Origin: Octopus bimaculoides
Taxonomy: Eukaryota
Length of the DNA stretch: 64,000 bases
Assembly (NCBI RefSeq): GCF_001194135.2
Contig: NC_068981.1
Location: 127,367,507 to 127,431,506 of the forward strand
Reading direction: 5' to 3'
The translations under genes and the position numbers were made by a program. Numbering within the stretch: the first letter of the stretch is position 1; the number at the start of each line of letters is the position of its first letter. The notes under the pieces were generated by a model. It did not search any database and was not told where the DNA came from. It worked only from the letters and a program-made list of their open reading frames with translations. Shown here piece after piece: positions 38,101 through 54,686 of this stretch.

Positions 38101-40449
38101 CTATAAAAAAAGACAAAAATTAGATAAAAGATTAACCAATTTCTGAAGATATTTAATGAAATATCGTAAATTATAATTCAATAAAGTATATATTTTTTTT
38201 ATTTGAAGGTTTAAAATCACAAAAAGGTTAAGAATAATATCTTATTCTACAGTAACACTGAATAAGAAAGTGAAGCAGAAGCAGAGATTCTAATCTGTGA
38301 AATTCTTATGATCTGAAATCTATGATCGAATTTTACTTTTTTCTGTCTGAGTAAGATAAATAATTGCCAGTTAGATTTAAGAGTCTAGTCAATTGGTTTT
38401 ATGCAAAAAGTACTGTTTTATAAAAAGAAATCTTCTTTCTTCTATCTTGACAAAGAAGAACTATGAATTTTTTTTACTTTCCTTATCTTCACATCATAAT
38501 TACAATTATTTGTTTTTTTTTTGTGTCTTACTTGGATACACAATTAGCATGCTGACAGAAATTTACCTGGGTCACTAACACTGGATCTATCATAATCAAA
38601 ATAACAGGTGCACTAGAAACAGGTAATAAAGCAACAAATCTGGCAGATATTTTATAAGTGGTAGCGTGTTTATAAGCCCAAACTAATATCAATTTCTTTC
38701 CTTTAGTGCTTTTTTTTTTCATTAAGTGATGTTGGTGTAATTGTGGACTCAATTTCTTCCATTTTATCTATTTACTCTTTTACCTGCTATATCAACAAGC
38801 TACAAACCACACACACACGCACACTACACTGTTTGTACTGCCCTGTGTACCTTCATCCTGTCAACATGCAGCTTCAATTGCTCCTACTATAACTATACAT
38901 CTGTCATGAACAGAAACCATCAAGACATCTTTAATGGGACTTGATCACAGTTAACAGCATCAAAACAAAAACTAAAATCAAATTAACAGCACCATATTTT
39001 ACTGTATTCATGATTATACAGTTAAAACACATACATCATACAGGCTACACAAAACCAATCTTTTTTTTTTTTGTTTCCTGGTAAGTCCTTTACATTCTTC
39101 ACACAACCAAGAGGGCACTATAAATAACAGCCTTTTTTTAATGGCTTATCAGACTTTAAAATGTGTTGTGGAGTTTGTAGAGTGAATACACACTAAAGAT
39201 GATGAGAGGCGAAGAGGTGGAGACATTAGGAGTATTCAAGAGATAGTACATAGCTTGTTATTTCAGAGCAGATGTAGTTCTAATAATACGAGAAGAGACA
39301 ATACATCTATGAAATAGTGGTTGGTGTGTTAATTACTGCCAATCTGACAGGCAGCTTTTAATCAGGGTAAAAAGATTAAGTTTTTTTTTTTTTAATAAAT
39401 ACAAAGCGAGCAGAAAACAAAAACTTCGAACATATAAAGCAGAAAACTTGTTTATTAGTTTCCAGCAGCTTTGCACTGTTACAGAATTCTTGCTGACATT
39501 AAGATCGACTCAGAAAGGTACATCAGACTGATATTTCTATATGTATATCGACTAATGTAACAAATAAATTAATCAGATATAATCAACAATTACTTGCTGG
39601 AGGGAATTGTCTCAAAAACTCTTGAATTCTTGGCAGTAGAAAAAAAAACAGAATATGATAGGTAAGCAAATGTGAAACAAACTTTCTAAGATTACCTAGA
39701 GTATATTAGGTTGTTATAATTGAACCCTATGTCAATCCTGATCAAGTAAAACATGATGAAAGGTGTTCCAGTCGTGACCATTATGTCTAAAATTACGCTA
39801 ATATATCCCTCCTTACGATAGAATGTGATCCGAGGCAGATTTGGCTGCAATTTTTAACAGTTTCAGCACCCAGGTAAAGATTCCCTCGTTGACTTCACAA
39901 GTAAAGGGCGAGAAAGCACTTTAGGAAACCAAAAGTTTAAACTTTTTCCCCTTTTTGTTCAGGTCGTAGGCTGAACAAATAAAAGCCCTTACACATATGT
40001 GCAATAAGATTCTGGAGATAAACTTGAATACTTTTAAAACGTACTAAATGATATTAAAACGACATTAGGCAATGCACCAAATAAGTATCCACTTTTCGTT
40101 AATATATAGAAATGACAGAAGGAATCGGACTGGATTAAATGCTTTGTAGTAATAGGAATCGTCTCTCGTATAGTCAAAATCCAACTGGGCTTGATTTTAC
40201 CTTTCATTTCTACTTTTACTTATGATATAAGAAATGTACACCGGTACAAATGACTTTATTTTCTTCCCTACAATAACTGATGATGTACCTATTTAAAAAG
40301 AAATCAATCTGCACAGGTTACTTTTATGATAATACATTTTAATTAAATGATACGATAATTTAGGCCGTAACTAGAAGTTTCAGATAAATAAAGTATTCAG
40401 ATCAAATAGTTGTCTTTAAATAATACTGATGTGTCTAAAATTGTTTTTA

Positions 40450-43071
<2,622 letters not shown>

Positions 43072-43152
43072 ATGTCGCTGACTTTCGTACAATCACAGCC
43101 GAAAGGAAAGGCTCAGCCACCTCCACCGCCAAATTCAAACACAATACAAAAG
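43072..43152 (+). CDS. SS18: SS18/SS18L1-like (SNH domain, BAF complex subunit), coding exon 1
   Basis: MSLTFVQSQPKGKAQPPPPPNSNTIQK then GTAAGT donor; resembles vertebrate SS18 start MSVAF...IQK; phase 0 joins exon 2. Confidence 0.9.
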
Positions 43153-44478
43153 GTAAGTATTTCTTTTTCATTTTGTGATCACAATTTTTTTCACCCGTTA
43201 TTTACTAAGGCAATTGTGTAAGATATATATATAAATATGTATATTGTGTTATGTATATTTGTGTTTATATTTTGGGTTTATTTCAGTTTTATATCTCGAT
43301 GGAAATATATCATCTGGTTTCATGTTTATATTTAAATTTTGTCTCTTTTTCGTAGACTTCTTTTTATATTGAGATATTTTTGTTAAAAATCTATCGTGTT
43401 TTATCAACTGCATAATTATTGATCTTCAAAAATACATGAATATCTCATTATCTCGTTTCCTGTTATCCCTATAAATACTACGATACATGCTGGTTTTAAA
43501 ATTGGTGTGGTGTCGCTCATAAAAGTAAGGCTTGTTCGTTATTTTCGGATCTGTAACCTTCTAAACACACATAATTGGCTCTTCGCAATAAATCTATTCT
43601 CAATGAAAACAAAACAAAAAACTCGCGATTTATGTATCTACGATTTGTTTTGCCTAAAAAGATTGCTGTCTGAAAACAAACAAAAATGTCCCATTCTCAA
43701 TGTTCATTTCAGTCCCAGTTACACCCCAACTGTTTTATTTTTCAAGTTAAAAGCAAAAGAATATTTCATTTTTCATCATTATTTTTAGGACAAATATAAA
43801 TCCACCTAGGTTAAGTTAGATTGATGAGTTCCCATGGAAATAATCTATATCTTCCGCATTACGTCTTTTAACTTACCCACCTACATTGTATATTCAAGCA
43901 GTGGGCATTTTGACCCTTAAGATTTCGGCCACCTCGACAAGGAGCTTTCTTTCTCGTCCTTCATTTTGTCTCCATTATACACTTAACATTTTGTGCACAT
44001 CCTACGTCATGTGGTAGATAGGCAGCTGTTATATTAAATCCTTGTAGTGTGTGTATGTATGTAATGCATGTCACATCAACCAACCCTTATGCAAAATAGC
44101 TATGGCTTGCTCTCTATTCATGGTAACAGGCCTAAGATCCGTTTAGTGTTTTGCACATAGTCGGGGTTACTTAATCTAGTATCATGAATGTCATACTGTG
44201 TATTATATAATAAGCAAAATCCTTTCTCCCTAATTCTGGTTGTCAACAAAACGGAGAATGTAATTAGGCCTAAAACCGACTTGCTTGAGGTTATCGTAAA
44301 CACGAATGATAACGAAAGAAGGAATAAAATAAAGTCTCGCAGTTTCTATGAATTTGCTTCCATATTGCACGAAGGTATCGACTTTGTTGTTAATGTTGTG
44401 ATTATCATATATACATAAGCATAAATCTTGAGAACATTCCTATTAAATGAGGACTTAGAAGCATGATCTTTAAAAAAA

Positions 44479-44516
<38 letters not shown>

Positions 44517-46149
44517 AAGGTATACATGTGATCTTTGATGTATGTGTACAGGCGCACATATCTCAAGCCATATATATACTTAGATCTTATGACTTGTATG
44601 AATAAAGATACAGTATAACCTTCGATGGGCATGTATGTATAATATCTAAATAGACGATGTAGCTAAACAGTTCTGAGTATTTGTACAAGTGGTTTGTCTC
44701 GTTATATTTATTGTGTGGGGAATATTGTGACTATTTTAGTTATAGTAAATACTCTGCTTCGATTCAGTTTCAATTCTTGGTTCGTGTGGCATCCTCTTTT
44801 ATTGCACTTCTAAACTGGCACCTACGCTATTGCTGCACATTTCCCCCTCAACTCCTAAGCGTCACGCTGGCTCAAATATATGAGAGAGAAAGAGAGAGGG
44901 AGGACATCTCTAAATAGGAAATACACAATAAGTCAGATGGGATCGAACCCACTTTCTCCAATACGCATGTAAGCGTCCATAGAAAAAATGCATTACTAGG
45001 GCAAATAAAAAAAAAATCAGTTCATAAAGCTACTAAAGAATGTTTATATTTGTTTTCTATTATACCAAGCTTTTGCTGTCTCGGGTCTCAGTATGATATA
45101 AAATATGCTGAAAACAAAATGATCTGGTGCAATTACATGTGTGTGTGTTTTGCGCATTTGATCTGACGAGCTAGGGAATTGCTGTTTTGCTGTATTTCCT
45201 GACTCACATGTGCACCGAGAAACGTGACAGTGTGTGTTTTTTCTTGTTGATCTCTTAAATTTGCTATTCATGCTGTCTGCTGCACATGCTTGCTGTTTAC
45301 TTGTGTGTTGTCTGCTCCTTACTTCGCTTGGGGGCTCCTATCCTCTTCTTTCACTACATCTCTTTATCGCTCTTTCATTCTTCACTTATTTCAGATAAAC
45401 TTATCGAGAGATAAATAATATAGCTGCATCTTTTTTCTTCTGCTCCTCTTTCGCTTTCTTATCACCGAAATAAATATGTTCATTATGAAATAAAACAATA
45501 AACAACACAAGAAACGTGAGAATAAAGTAGCTTTTATACTGCATTAAAAATTACCATAATTGGTTTCAAATTTTGGCGCAAGGCCAGCAATTTCGGGGTG
45601 TAAGTCGATTACATTGACTCCAGCCTTCAACTGGTACTTATTTTATCGACGTTGAAAGGATGAAAGGCTAAGTCGACTCCGGCCTGCCATAATTAGAACA
45701 AAATCTAAAACGGTCGATTGACAGAGACGTTACAATACTTTGCTGAATTTGTTCTGGTTCTCTGCGCTCTAAGTTCAAATCCTGTTGAGGTCGAGATAGT
45801 GCCTTGCACCTTAAACAGTTACATTAAGGTATATTTACGAGTGACAACAAGGAAAATAACTCATTGATAGCCATAGTTGATTTCCTTCCAGAAAAGGAAG
45901 GAAGAGAGCGAAGGAAAGAGAAGAATCGACTCTGATTGGCAAATTTACTTTATTTTCAGCAACACACGGCAAAATTGGCCTCGACGGAATTTGAACCCTT
46001 ACCGCAGACAACTGGAACAATTGCTGCAAAGCAATCTATCCAACGTCCTAACGTCTCTACCAATTGACTACTTTGTTTCTGGAATTCGTTTTAGAATGGT
46101 CTCTTCTACTAGAATTTCTAAGTTTTGAAAACGAAATCATTTACGGAAA

Positions 46150-46860
46150 ATATCCATCAAATTATTTAACCCATAGTGGGCATTGTAATATTAAGTTTAC
46201 TTCAGTTCAGTCATAAAATTATTTTTAAAACCATAGGTTTCTTTTTATTCTTGATTCTTCAAGGGACTCAAATTTTAAAATATTTGGATGAGCAGGATTA
46301 CAAAAGTTCACTGAGGCTAACTTGTTGGAAAAAAGCACGTTGCATTCATTCAACGTAGACGATATCATCTAACATGTGGGGACTCGAGATCAATATGGCA
46401 TACTTATGTTGAGAATGGACATAAGCTTTAAACATTTCCAACAAAGTTTCAGTCTAGTCCGTCATTTGAAAACCTTTAGCAGCGATTCTAACACAATGTT
46501 ATGGAAGTTTCTAGTCACCAGAAGAATTCTTAGGTCAGGAATGTTGACAACTTTTGGAATTTTAGTTTCATTCAAGAAATTTTAAATATTAAAATTTTCC
46601 CAACTAAGATGTAAGACTATTCATTTCTGGATATCCGGAGACAGCTACAGAACAAAATTTAAATTTATATTAGCCTACACACAATATTAAAATTACATTG
46701 GGCAAGGAAACCTATTGACTGGATAGGGCTGCATTGCGGAACTCCATTTGTAACCGTTACCAAACTACTAAGAGAACAATCAAGACAAACATGTTTACTA
46801 TTTTCCAAATAGTTTTTGAACCACACCAAACATTTACCCTCGATTTTCGACAATTTAAGC
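46150..46860 (-). mobile_element. CR1-like LINE RT fragment
   Basis: GKCLVWFKNYLEN...VTNGVPQCS and FKAYVHSQHKYA...VE*MQRAF. Confidence 0.7.
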
Positions 46861-47104
46861 TTTTGGGGTGGGGGGAGAAATAATTTTTAATGGGATACGT
46901 TGCCAAAGGCATAGGAAACTATATCCAAATATATAGCATTAATATTTCTACTATTGGCCTTTCTACACAAGGCCCGAAATTTTGAGGGAGAGGACTAGTT
47001 GATTACATTGACCCCATTGCTCGACTAGTACTTATTTTATCGACCCCGAAAGAATGAAAGGCTGAGCATTTTGTCTAAAGCGCTAAGGATTCTGTCAGCC
47101 CACC

Positions 47105-47135
<31 letters not shown>

Positions 47136-49067
47136 CTTATTTAGGCACAAAACCTGCAGTTTGAAGGGAAGGATATGTCGATTACATCGATCCCAATGCT
47201 CGAATTAATACCAGTTGAGCACTGGAATCGATGTAATCGGCATACCTCTTTCTTAAAAATTGCAGGTCTTGTATATAAATCAGAAAGGATTATATTTACT
47301 CACTTTAAGGCGGTGTGCTGGCAGAATCGTTTACGCTCCGGACAAAATGCTTAGCAACATTTCTTCCGACTCTAGAATATAACACTAATATTAAAACTCT
47401 TATAGGTTCATATTCGTGCACTTCTCCACATCACTACTGTGTGTCTGTTAATCACCTTCCGTTATTCTTTATCCATCTTCTGTTTCTCATTGTTATCCAT
47501 TCTCTCTATTTTACTACTTTCCCAAATTTCTCATTCTAACCTCATTTCCTTTTTTCCTTCCTATCTATCCTCTCTCGTCCGTGTACCTCTTTATTCCTAA
47601 CATCTACATGGAACTTGGGTATCGATCACATATTTACAATTTCGCACACCTGGTATCAATCAGGCGCTCATATATTCTTTGTACGGAAAGAAAGGAAGCT
47701 GAAATACACGAAGCTAGAGATATTTGTCCGCGACACGAATTGTTTGTTCTCCAATAAATAGTGTCTACGATGCCTATAGCAATCGCCTATATTGTCATCT
47801 ATCTATCTATCTGTGTGTATAATGTGTGTATGTAATACAATCCTTTCTACAATGGGCACATAGGTTGAAATTTGTGGGAAAGGGAGCTAGTCGATTACAT
47901 CGGCTCCAGTGCCCAAATGGTACTTATTTCATCGACCCCGAAAGATGAAAGACAAAATCAACCTCAGTGGGATTTGAACTGTGGACTTGCATTTGTTTCA
48001 TCGCTTCTACTACTAAGACCTTTACTGCCATTTACAATTATTTAATTATTTCGCTTTTTTATTTTTCTTTCAATGTTTAATTCGACAATAACTGCTGCAT
48101 TACAGTTCTATCTTGTGTCACATTGTTTTCTAAGGGGAAAGGTATGAACATTAAATCCCCTCACTATTTGCAACTTTATATTTGATGTTGGGGTGTATCA
48201 TTTTCTTAACTGTTTTACATGTCAGCTCTCCCTGGAGTTTCTTCTCGATAATGCGTCCTTTCACAAACGTGTATTGATCTGTCTCATGGGGTCCACGAAC
48301 TCCTTGGGTCCCCCCCCCCTTCCTTTAGACCAAAGCAAAAAAAAAAAAGTGTATATGAAAGCGTACACGCCCCTGTACTAAGATTGCACTTACATATTAG
48401 ATTCAACCTTAAGTGTTGGGTAAGAGGGTCAACCAGTCCGTACTAGTCAGTCGTTCTTCTTTCCCCCATCCTTCTCTCTCTCTCTCTCTCTCTCTCTCAT
48501 CTTGTTCTTAACAGTTTTGCTCGAGACATCAGATTTGTTACAAAAGCAAACTGCGACGTTCATGCTTCTTTTTCTCGGGTACATTATCGAATTAAAAGAA
48601 GCGATGCGGTTTTAATTGACTGCCTAGAATTTAGCGCTGCATCACAAGGTCAACTTCATACTGAAATACATAGTTTCCTTACGCGTGTATTACTCTTGAG
48701 ATATTCGAACAAATAATTGTCGTCAAACTTGGGGTGTAAATTAAGAAACAAAGATTATTTCTGTTATAATAATTGGTTTGTCGGTTGACGTCTTATGTAA
48801 TCAGTGGCGGAAGTTAGTAAAGGTGTACATGGAAATGGCATGTCCCTTCTTTTCAGTTAATGAGGTAGAGTTATGGAGCCTAACCCTCTATTCATCGTCA
48901 GCACCAGGAATCTTAGGGTATCTCTGGCTCCTAATGTCTATTTCTATCACTCACTGTAATGTTTTTTTATATTCAGACGAAAGATAACATTGTTTTTGTC
49001 CTACAAACCCCATTTGCAATTAAAGAAATACATTGACATGGCAATATAAAATGTTTACAATATTCTT

Positions 49068-49276
49068 TTCTACTCTAAGCACAAGGCCCGAAATTTTGGG
49101 GGAGGGGGCAGTCGATTAGATCGATCCCAGTGCGCAACTAGTACTTCATTTATCGACCCCGAAAGGATGACAGGCAAAGTCGACCTCGGCGGAATTTGAA
49201 CTCAGAACGTAAAGACAGACGAAATACCGCTAAGCGTTTCGCCGGGCGTGCTAACGTTTCTGCCAGCTCTCTGCCT
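49068..49276 (-). mobile_element. Intact-looking tRNA-derived SINE (octopus OR-like)
   Basis: Minus strand: tRNA-like head with A box (TGGCAGAAACG) and B box (GTTCAAATTCC), then gcctgtcatcctttcggggtcgataaatgaagtactag core. Further copies at about 29185, 45560, 45950, 46965, 47140 and 47850. Confidence 0.85.
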
Positions 49277-49329
49277 GAAAATGCTCATCATATTACGGTA
49301 GTTAATGGGCTGAAAACAACGAAATACAC

Positions 49330-52300
49330 TGACCTAGCTTTTGAATTAAAGAGATTGTGGTAGTTAATAAATGTATCTGTTATCCCATTTGTAATTCATA
49401 CAGCTGAAGTGGTACACTATCATTTCTGTATCATCAACATCAAGTGTTACTTAGAAGAACAGACAGGCATAGGTCTGATCTAGAAAACATTGAGGCTTGT
49501 CTCATTTGCCTATCATTTGAATTATTAAAATCCATATCATTAGCTCATTTGAGATATTTCTTACTGCTCGCTTTTCTGAATATATACACACTTGTTTTAA
49601 ATCTAAGAAAGAAAAAAACTCTTGGTGTGTCTCAATTTCTGAATAATAATTCTATTTTGAACTTCAGTGGATGACTGGACTTTTACTTAATCCTGATCAT
49701 TGTGATAATCGCATACAACTTTTGCAGAAGTTCTAGTGTCATTTCTCAACTGCTTCATGAAATTAAATTGAATATCATACTCATATACACCTGTTGTGGG
49801 TTTTGAAATCAAAAAGTTCTAACCAGTAGTCCATGATCTCATTCATTGGGCTTTTTTATCTTCTCAATTCAGCTAAAATCTTCTGAATTGTTATAAACGC
49901 TTAGCTTCTCAGAGGATTTTTCGTGGTAACCATACATTTATAATGTTGCCATAACTGCTCCCCAAAGACTGGACTTTCTCTTCAAGTTCTATCTCACTCT
50001 TTCCTATTCTTGCCAAATTTTATAGTATCTTCTAATGCAACAAATTTCATAGTACCTTACTTCTATCACATAGTTGGTGCTAAGCATAAAAGTGGGTAAA
50101 AGCTTCTCGGGTCTTGTATTTGCAAATAACTGATATTTAAGATGACAAAATATCCTTATATTACATTATAACTGATAAATTCATAATAAATTGAAAGACC
50201 TACAAGATTAAAAAAATTATATCTCTGACACTGTTAGTGGTGTTTTTGCCATATTTCAGCATTCTGGCACTTGACAAACACACTCTTAGACATCCTCTAC
50301 ATTGGTGGATACTAGATTCTGCTTTGTTTTTTTTTTTATATGTGTTAAAAAAAGATCTGTACTCAGAGAACCTGAAAGTTGAGAACTGGAGCAAAACAAT
50401 GACTACTTTATTTGACAAATGCAAGTATTCATTTTTATGAACATCCAGAAGTTCCTGTTCTTGAAATTTGAAATCTTTCATTTTCAGTTTCTGAGACAGG
50501 ATCTGTAATCTAGTTGTACTTCTTAGAATCCAAACTCACAGAGTACAATTTCAAGGCAGACTGGAGACTTTTCTTACATACCTATATAAGATTTTCTTCA
50601 ACTGTAGGGGGAAATATGCCTGTTGTACTCTTTCCTGTATGATGATACAACTTGGTAATTTTATTCCAGTAAGTAGCAATTTTGTCAGTTGAAGACCACA
50701 TGTTCTCCATTGGTCCATTTCATGTTAGTATCCGTGCCAGTGGCACGTAAAGAGCACCATTTGAACACGATCGTTTCCAGCTTCGCCTTACTAGCACTCG
50801 TGCTAATGGCATGTGAACAAAACATTGGACTGACTCCTGTGCAGGTGGCATGTAAAAAAACACCATTTGAGCATGGCCATTGTCAGTACCGCTGGACTGG
50901 CCCTCATGCTGGTGGCACGTAAAAGCACCCACTACACTCTTGGATTGGTTGGCGTTAGGAAGGGCATCCAGCTGTAGAAACTCTGCCAGATCAGATTGGA
51001 GTCTGGTTTGCCAGTCCCCAGTCAAATCGTCCAACCCATGCTAGCATGGAAAGTGGATGTTAAATGATGATGAGGAGGATTTGCTTTGTTTATATGCTCA
51101 AATATATCAACAAGCTTAAACCAGCTTTGCACACCAATAATCATTGATGAATAGGTCACAATATTTTGTTTCATTTCTACTTATGGAAAAGAACCTTTAA
51201 TTTCATTAGTTGAGGTACGTATTACAGAACTTTACTTCAAGATTACTACTTTAGAAGAGTATAAGAGGGATCTGAAGTAAGCATCTGTAGACTCACTTGT
51301 CTATGTAAAGATATGACTTCTCGGGGATTTGCCTTTGATTTTGTGAACCATCTTGAATGTCATCAACTGCTTACAATTCATTATTCAAGCCTTTGTCATT
51401 AGAACTTTACAAGGTTTGAAATAGTGACATATCTCTATCTTTGTTCATGTTTCTCACCAACACTGTAAACCTTTTGAGAATACCAACTGAATATGGAACA
51501 CTACTGTGTGTGTAAATTCCGAAAGAATTTTCACCAAGATGTTTGTAGGATCTAAAAGATAAGTCTACAGTTTCAAAAGTATCTGTAGCAGTTGGTTTAA
51601 GCTTTTTCTGGAACAAAAATTGCTTGGTAGTATCATCTTTCTGAATAAATCTAACTAATTCTTAACATTTTGCCAATTGTACCTACTGTTTTTATTAGTA
51701 TGAAAAGCATATAAAGGTACCTTCAGCCTCTCTAAATATTTTCTTTTATATCTACTGATATCTTAAGTCTAGGTATTAGAGATGTAACTTTTTAACTTCA
51801 TTGGCCACCTCATTCTCAAAACATAATTTGCACTCCTTTACAAGTGTGCAAGTTATGTTTTCAACGTTCCGCTTTTTTAGAATGTTGTGGGCCTTTATTT
51901 CCTTGGCAGTACGCTCTAAAACATCGAACTCTAACTGAAGTTCTGTGAGAAGCCTTTTTTTAATCAAACGTTTTCCCGCCAAATGAATGTTTACTTGTTA
52001 AACGGCGATGCAGTTTGCTTGGCACAATTGTCTCATTGCTCAATATTTTCCCATTAGCTAGACTCTCGGCAAACCAGTTTTCTTCTTGCATGCGTCAAGT
52101 GAAACCGAATGACAGAATTTGAAAAACAATCTACTTTTCTGGCCCTCGTAAACATTTTTCAAGCTCATTACCCGTGTGTACGGGCTACTTCCACATTTCC
52201 ACTGTTCTGTCTGTCATCATTTAAGAATTGTACTTTCTTCACAAATGTATCCATTTTGATTGGATTTTACTCTGAAAAGCCAAGAGCATGCCAACAAGGT

Positions 52301-52550
52301 GTTAAATAAATCGACCGCTTCAAAATAACTAAATTACACTGAAATTGTAGTTCAGGGGAACTAACTTTATTCTTTGAATTCCTTCAAGCAAGAGTTGAAA
52401 TAATTATTTTTAAAAAATAGGCTTGTGAATTTTCGCTTTCATTTTTCCCTTTTCTTACTACCAAGTACGAGTTTTGTTTTTTACTGAGAGTGGAAACTGT
52501 GCTCGCGGTACCCCTAGTCAGTGTTTGTGACACGTTGTTGAGAACCTCTC
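49330..52550 (-). mobile_element. hAT (Buster/Charlie-like) transposon remnant interrupted by an RTE-tail copy
   Basis: KILSNETIVPSKLHRRLTSKH (BED region), AKEIKAHNI, EYLHLSNKVVIVLLQF...LRVCLS (dimerisation region); TIR-like GTTGAGAACCTCT at 52537-52549. Confidence 0.7.
50690..51070 (+). mobile_element. RTE-tail repeat with an internal ~65-nt tandem array
   Basis: Four GTGCCAGTGGCACGTAAAA-like motifs, then the standard tail and (TGA)n. Confidence 0.85.
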
Positions 52551-52721
52551 AACTAAATAATAGAATATATATATATATAGTTTTAGGGAAAATAACCAAT
52601 TTTCAAGAACTCATCAATAAGGCTCAATTTAATTTTAATTTTAATTTTAATTTTAATTTTTTATAAATTGATTTTAATTGAGTTTTTTACCTGTAATTTT
52701 GGATTTTGTCCCTAATAATAT

Positions 52722-52763
<42 letters not shown>

Positions 52764-54098
52764 GAAAAGTATAACATTAAATGTTAAGCTAGAAACGAAC
52801 GAGTACACGTCATTGGCTGGAAAATTGATTGCCTTGAATTGCAACCTGTTTGTACAAGTAACTGTTGTAAACAAACATAAAACAATCAAGTGGTTGTTTA
52901 CTGTTCAAAATAGACATTGAAACCGCAGTTATTACTTCGTATGTTCGTTAGATCTAGAACATGAAAGTTTACAAAGTAACCCATTATATATGTATATATT
53001 GTCTGTGTTAGACATTCTTAATCTTTTTCTATTAAAACATTTATTTTTGACTGGGCACAAAGTAATGTTTTTCCTTTGGTGTTGTGGAGGTGGGTATGAT
53101 TAACTGAATCGATCTTCAAGTATCTTAACTGAAACTTATTTTATCTGGAAAAGACTTGGATCCTGTTAAATTTCTCTCAACCACTTGATTTATTTCAAAT
53201 TCTCACCAGATTATTTTCAAATATATATATATATAGTTTTGCTGATGACAAAAAAAATCACATTCATTTTTTTCCCTAGAAATTAACGATGAAATTTTGG
53301 TGGAAATTTGAAATTTGAAGTAGTTGGAAGAAATTTAATAAGACATTTTGGATTATAGTCTTAAATACACTTATGTCATCATCTTTATAATCATTTAACG
53401 TCCATTTTTCCATGCTTGCCTGGATCAGACGGAATTTCTTTAGTCATTATCTGTAGCCTTCCTGTTGCTATATGTGTGTGCATGTTTGTGTATCTCTCGC
53501 TCTCTATCTTCGCAACGCCTAGTTTAGAATAGAGGCAGCTGATGAAGGAAAAGTTCCATATGTGGCTTGTCTGTTTTCCTATGTGTTCATTCTGTTGTCC
53601 GCAAAAAAAGTCCGTTTTTTGTGCTTTGTTTATGTTCCCGTTCCTTTTTTGTCCACGTTTTTTGACGTCCTGTACCCAGATATGCATCTATATATACATG
53701 TAGATGTAGGTATGTACATATATGTATGTATACATGCATATGCTCATATGTACCAGTTTCCAGTCTGATCTGCCTTGGTTTCTACGGCCAGATGCCCTTC
53801 CAAATGCCAACCACTTTGCAGTGTGAGCTGGGTGCTTTTAATGTGGAATCGGCTCAAGTTATTTTGCGAATGTTAATTGTTATGGATTTCTTGAAGTATT
53901 TGTTTAATCAAATGAATCCAACGACACATGTTGCTGTTGGGGTATCATGTGTCTATTGACTATTATGATATTTGTCAAAGAAATTGTAGCTTTCTTTCTT
54001 TCTTTCTTTCCTTCAAATGATATTTACAAATGAAAACTAATTAATATTTATATGAAAATTTCAGTTATTACTTTATATATTGTATTGTTCTAACTAGT

Positions 54099-54431
54099 GT
54101 GAAGGCATATGGCTCAGTGGTTTGAACATCAGGCTCCCGATCATGAGATAGTAAGTTCGATTCCAGGATTGGGCTGTATATTGTGTTCTTAGTCAAGACA
54201 CTTTATTTCATGATGCTTCAGTTCATGCAAATGTAAAAATGAGTTACGACATCACTAATGCCAAACTGTATCGGTCTTTGCCTTTCCCTTGGATAACATT
54301 AGTAGTATGGAGAGGGGAGGCTGGTATGCATGGGCACTGCTGATCTTCCATAAACAACCTTGTGCTTCAGAGACTTTCTGGTTGCAATCCCATGGTCATT
54401 CATGACAGAAGGGGGTCTTTACCTTTACCTG
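54099..54431 (+). mobile_element. tRNA-headed SINE with CORE-like domain
   Basis: A box TGGCTCAGTGG (54110-54120), B box GTTCGATTCC (54155-54164), then ttgtgttcttagtcaagacactttatttc. Confidence 0.8.
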
Positions 54432-54494
54432 TTCTGATGAGGAGTATAAATTATTTATTGTAGTAGTTTATCACTTGATTATGACTGTCCAACT

Positions 54495-54686
54495 TAAGGC
54501 AGCAAGCTGGCAGAATTGTTGTCACACTGGGCAAAATGCATAGCGACATTTCATCTGTCTTTACGTTCTGAGGTCAAATTCTGTTGACTTTGGATTTTGC
54601 CCTTTCGGAGTCAATAAAATAAGTACCAGTCAATGTAATTCCCCCCCCCCCCGAAATTGTTGGCCTTGTGCCAAAATTTGAAACCA
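54495..54686 (+). mobile_element. tRNA-derived SINE copy (same family as 49068-49276)
   Basis: taaggcagcaagctggcagaattg head through ggccttgtgccaaaatttgaaacca end. Confidence 0.8.

Noticed and set aside
54099-54175. tRNA gene
   Set aside because: A and B boxes run on into a SINE body with no cloverleaf; the same applies to the other tRNA-like heads and the fragment near 44935-44985.
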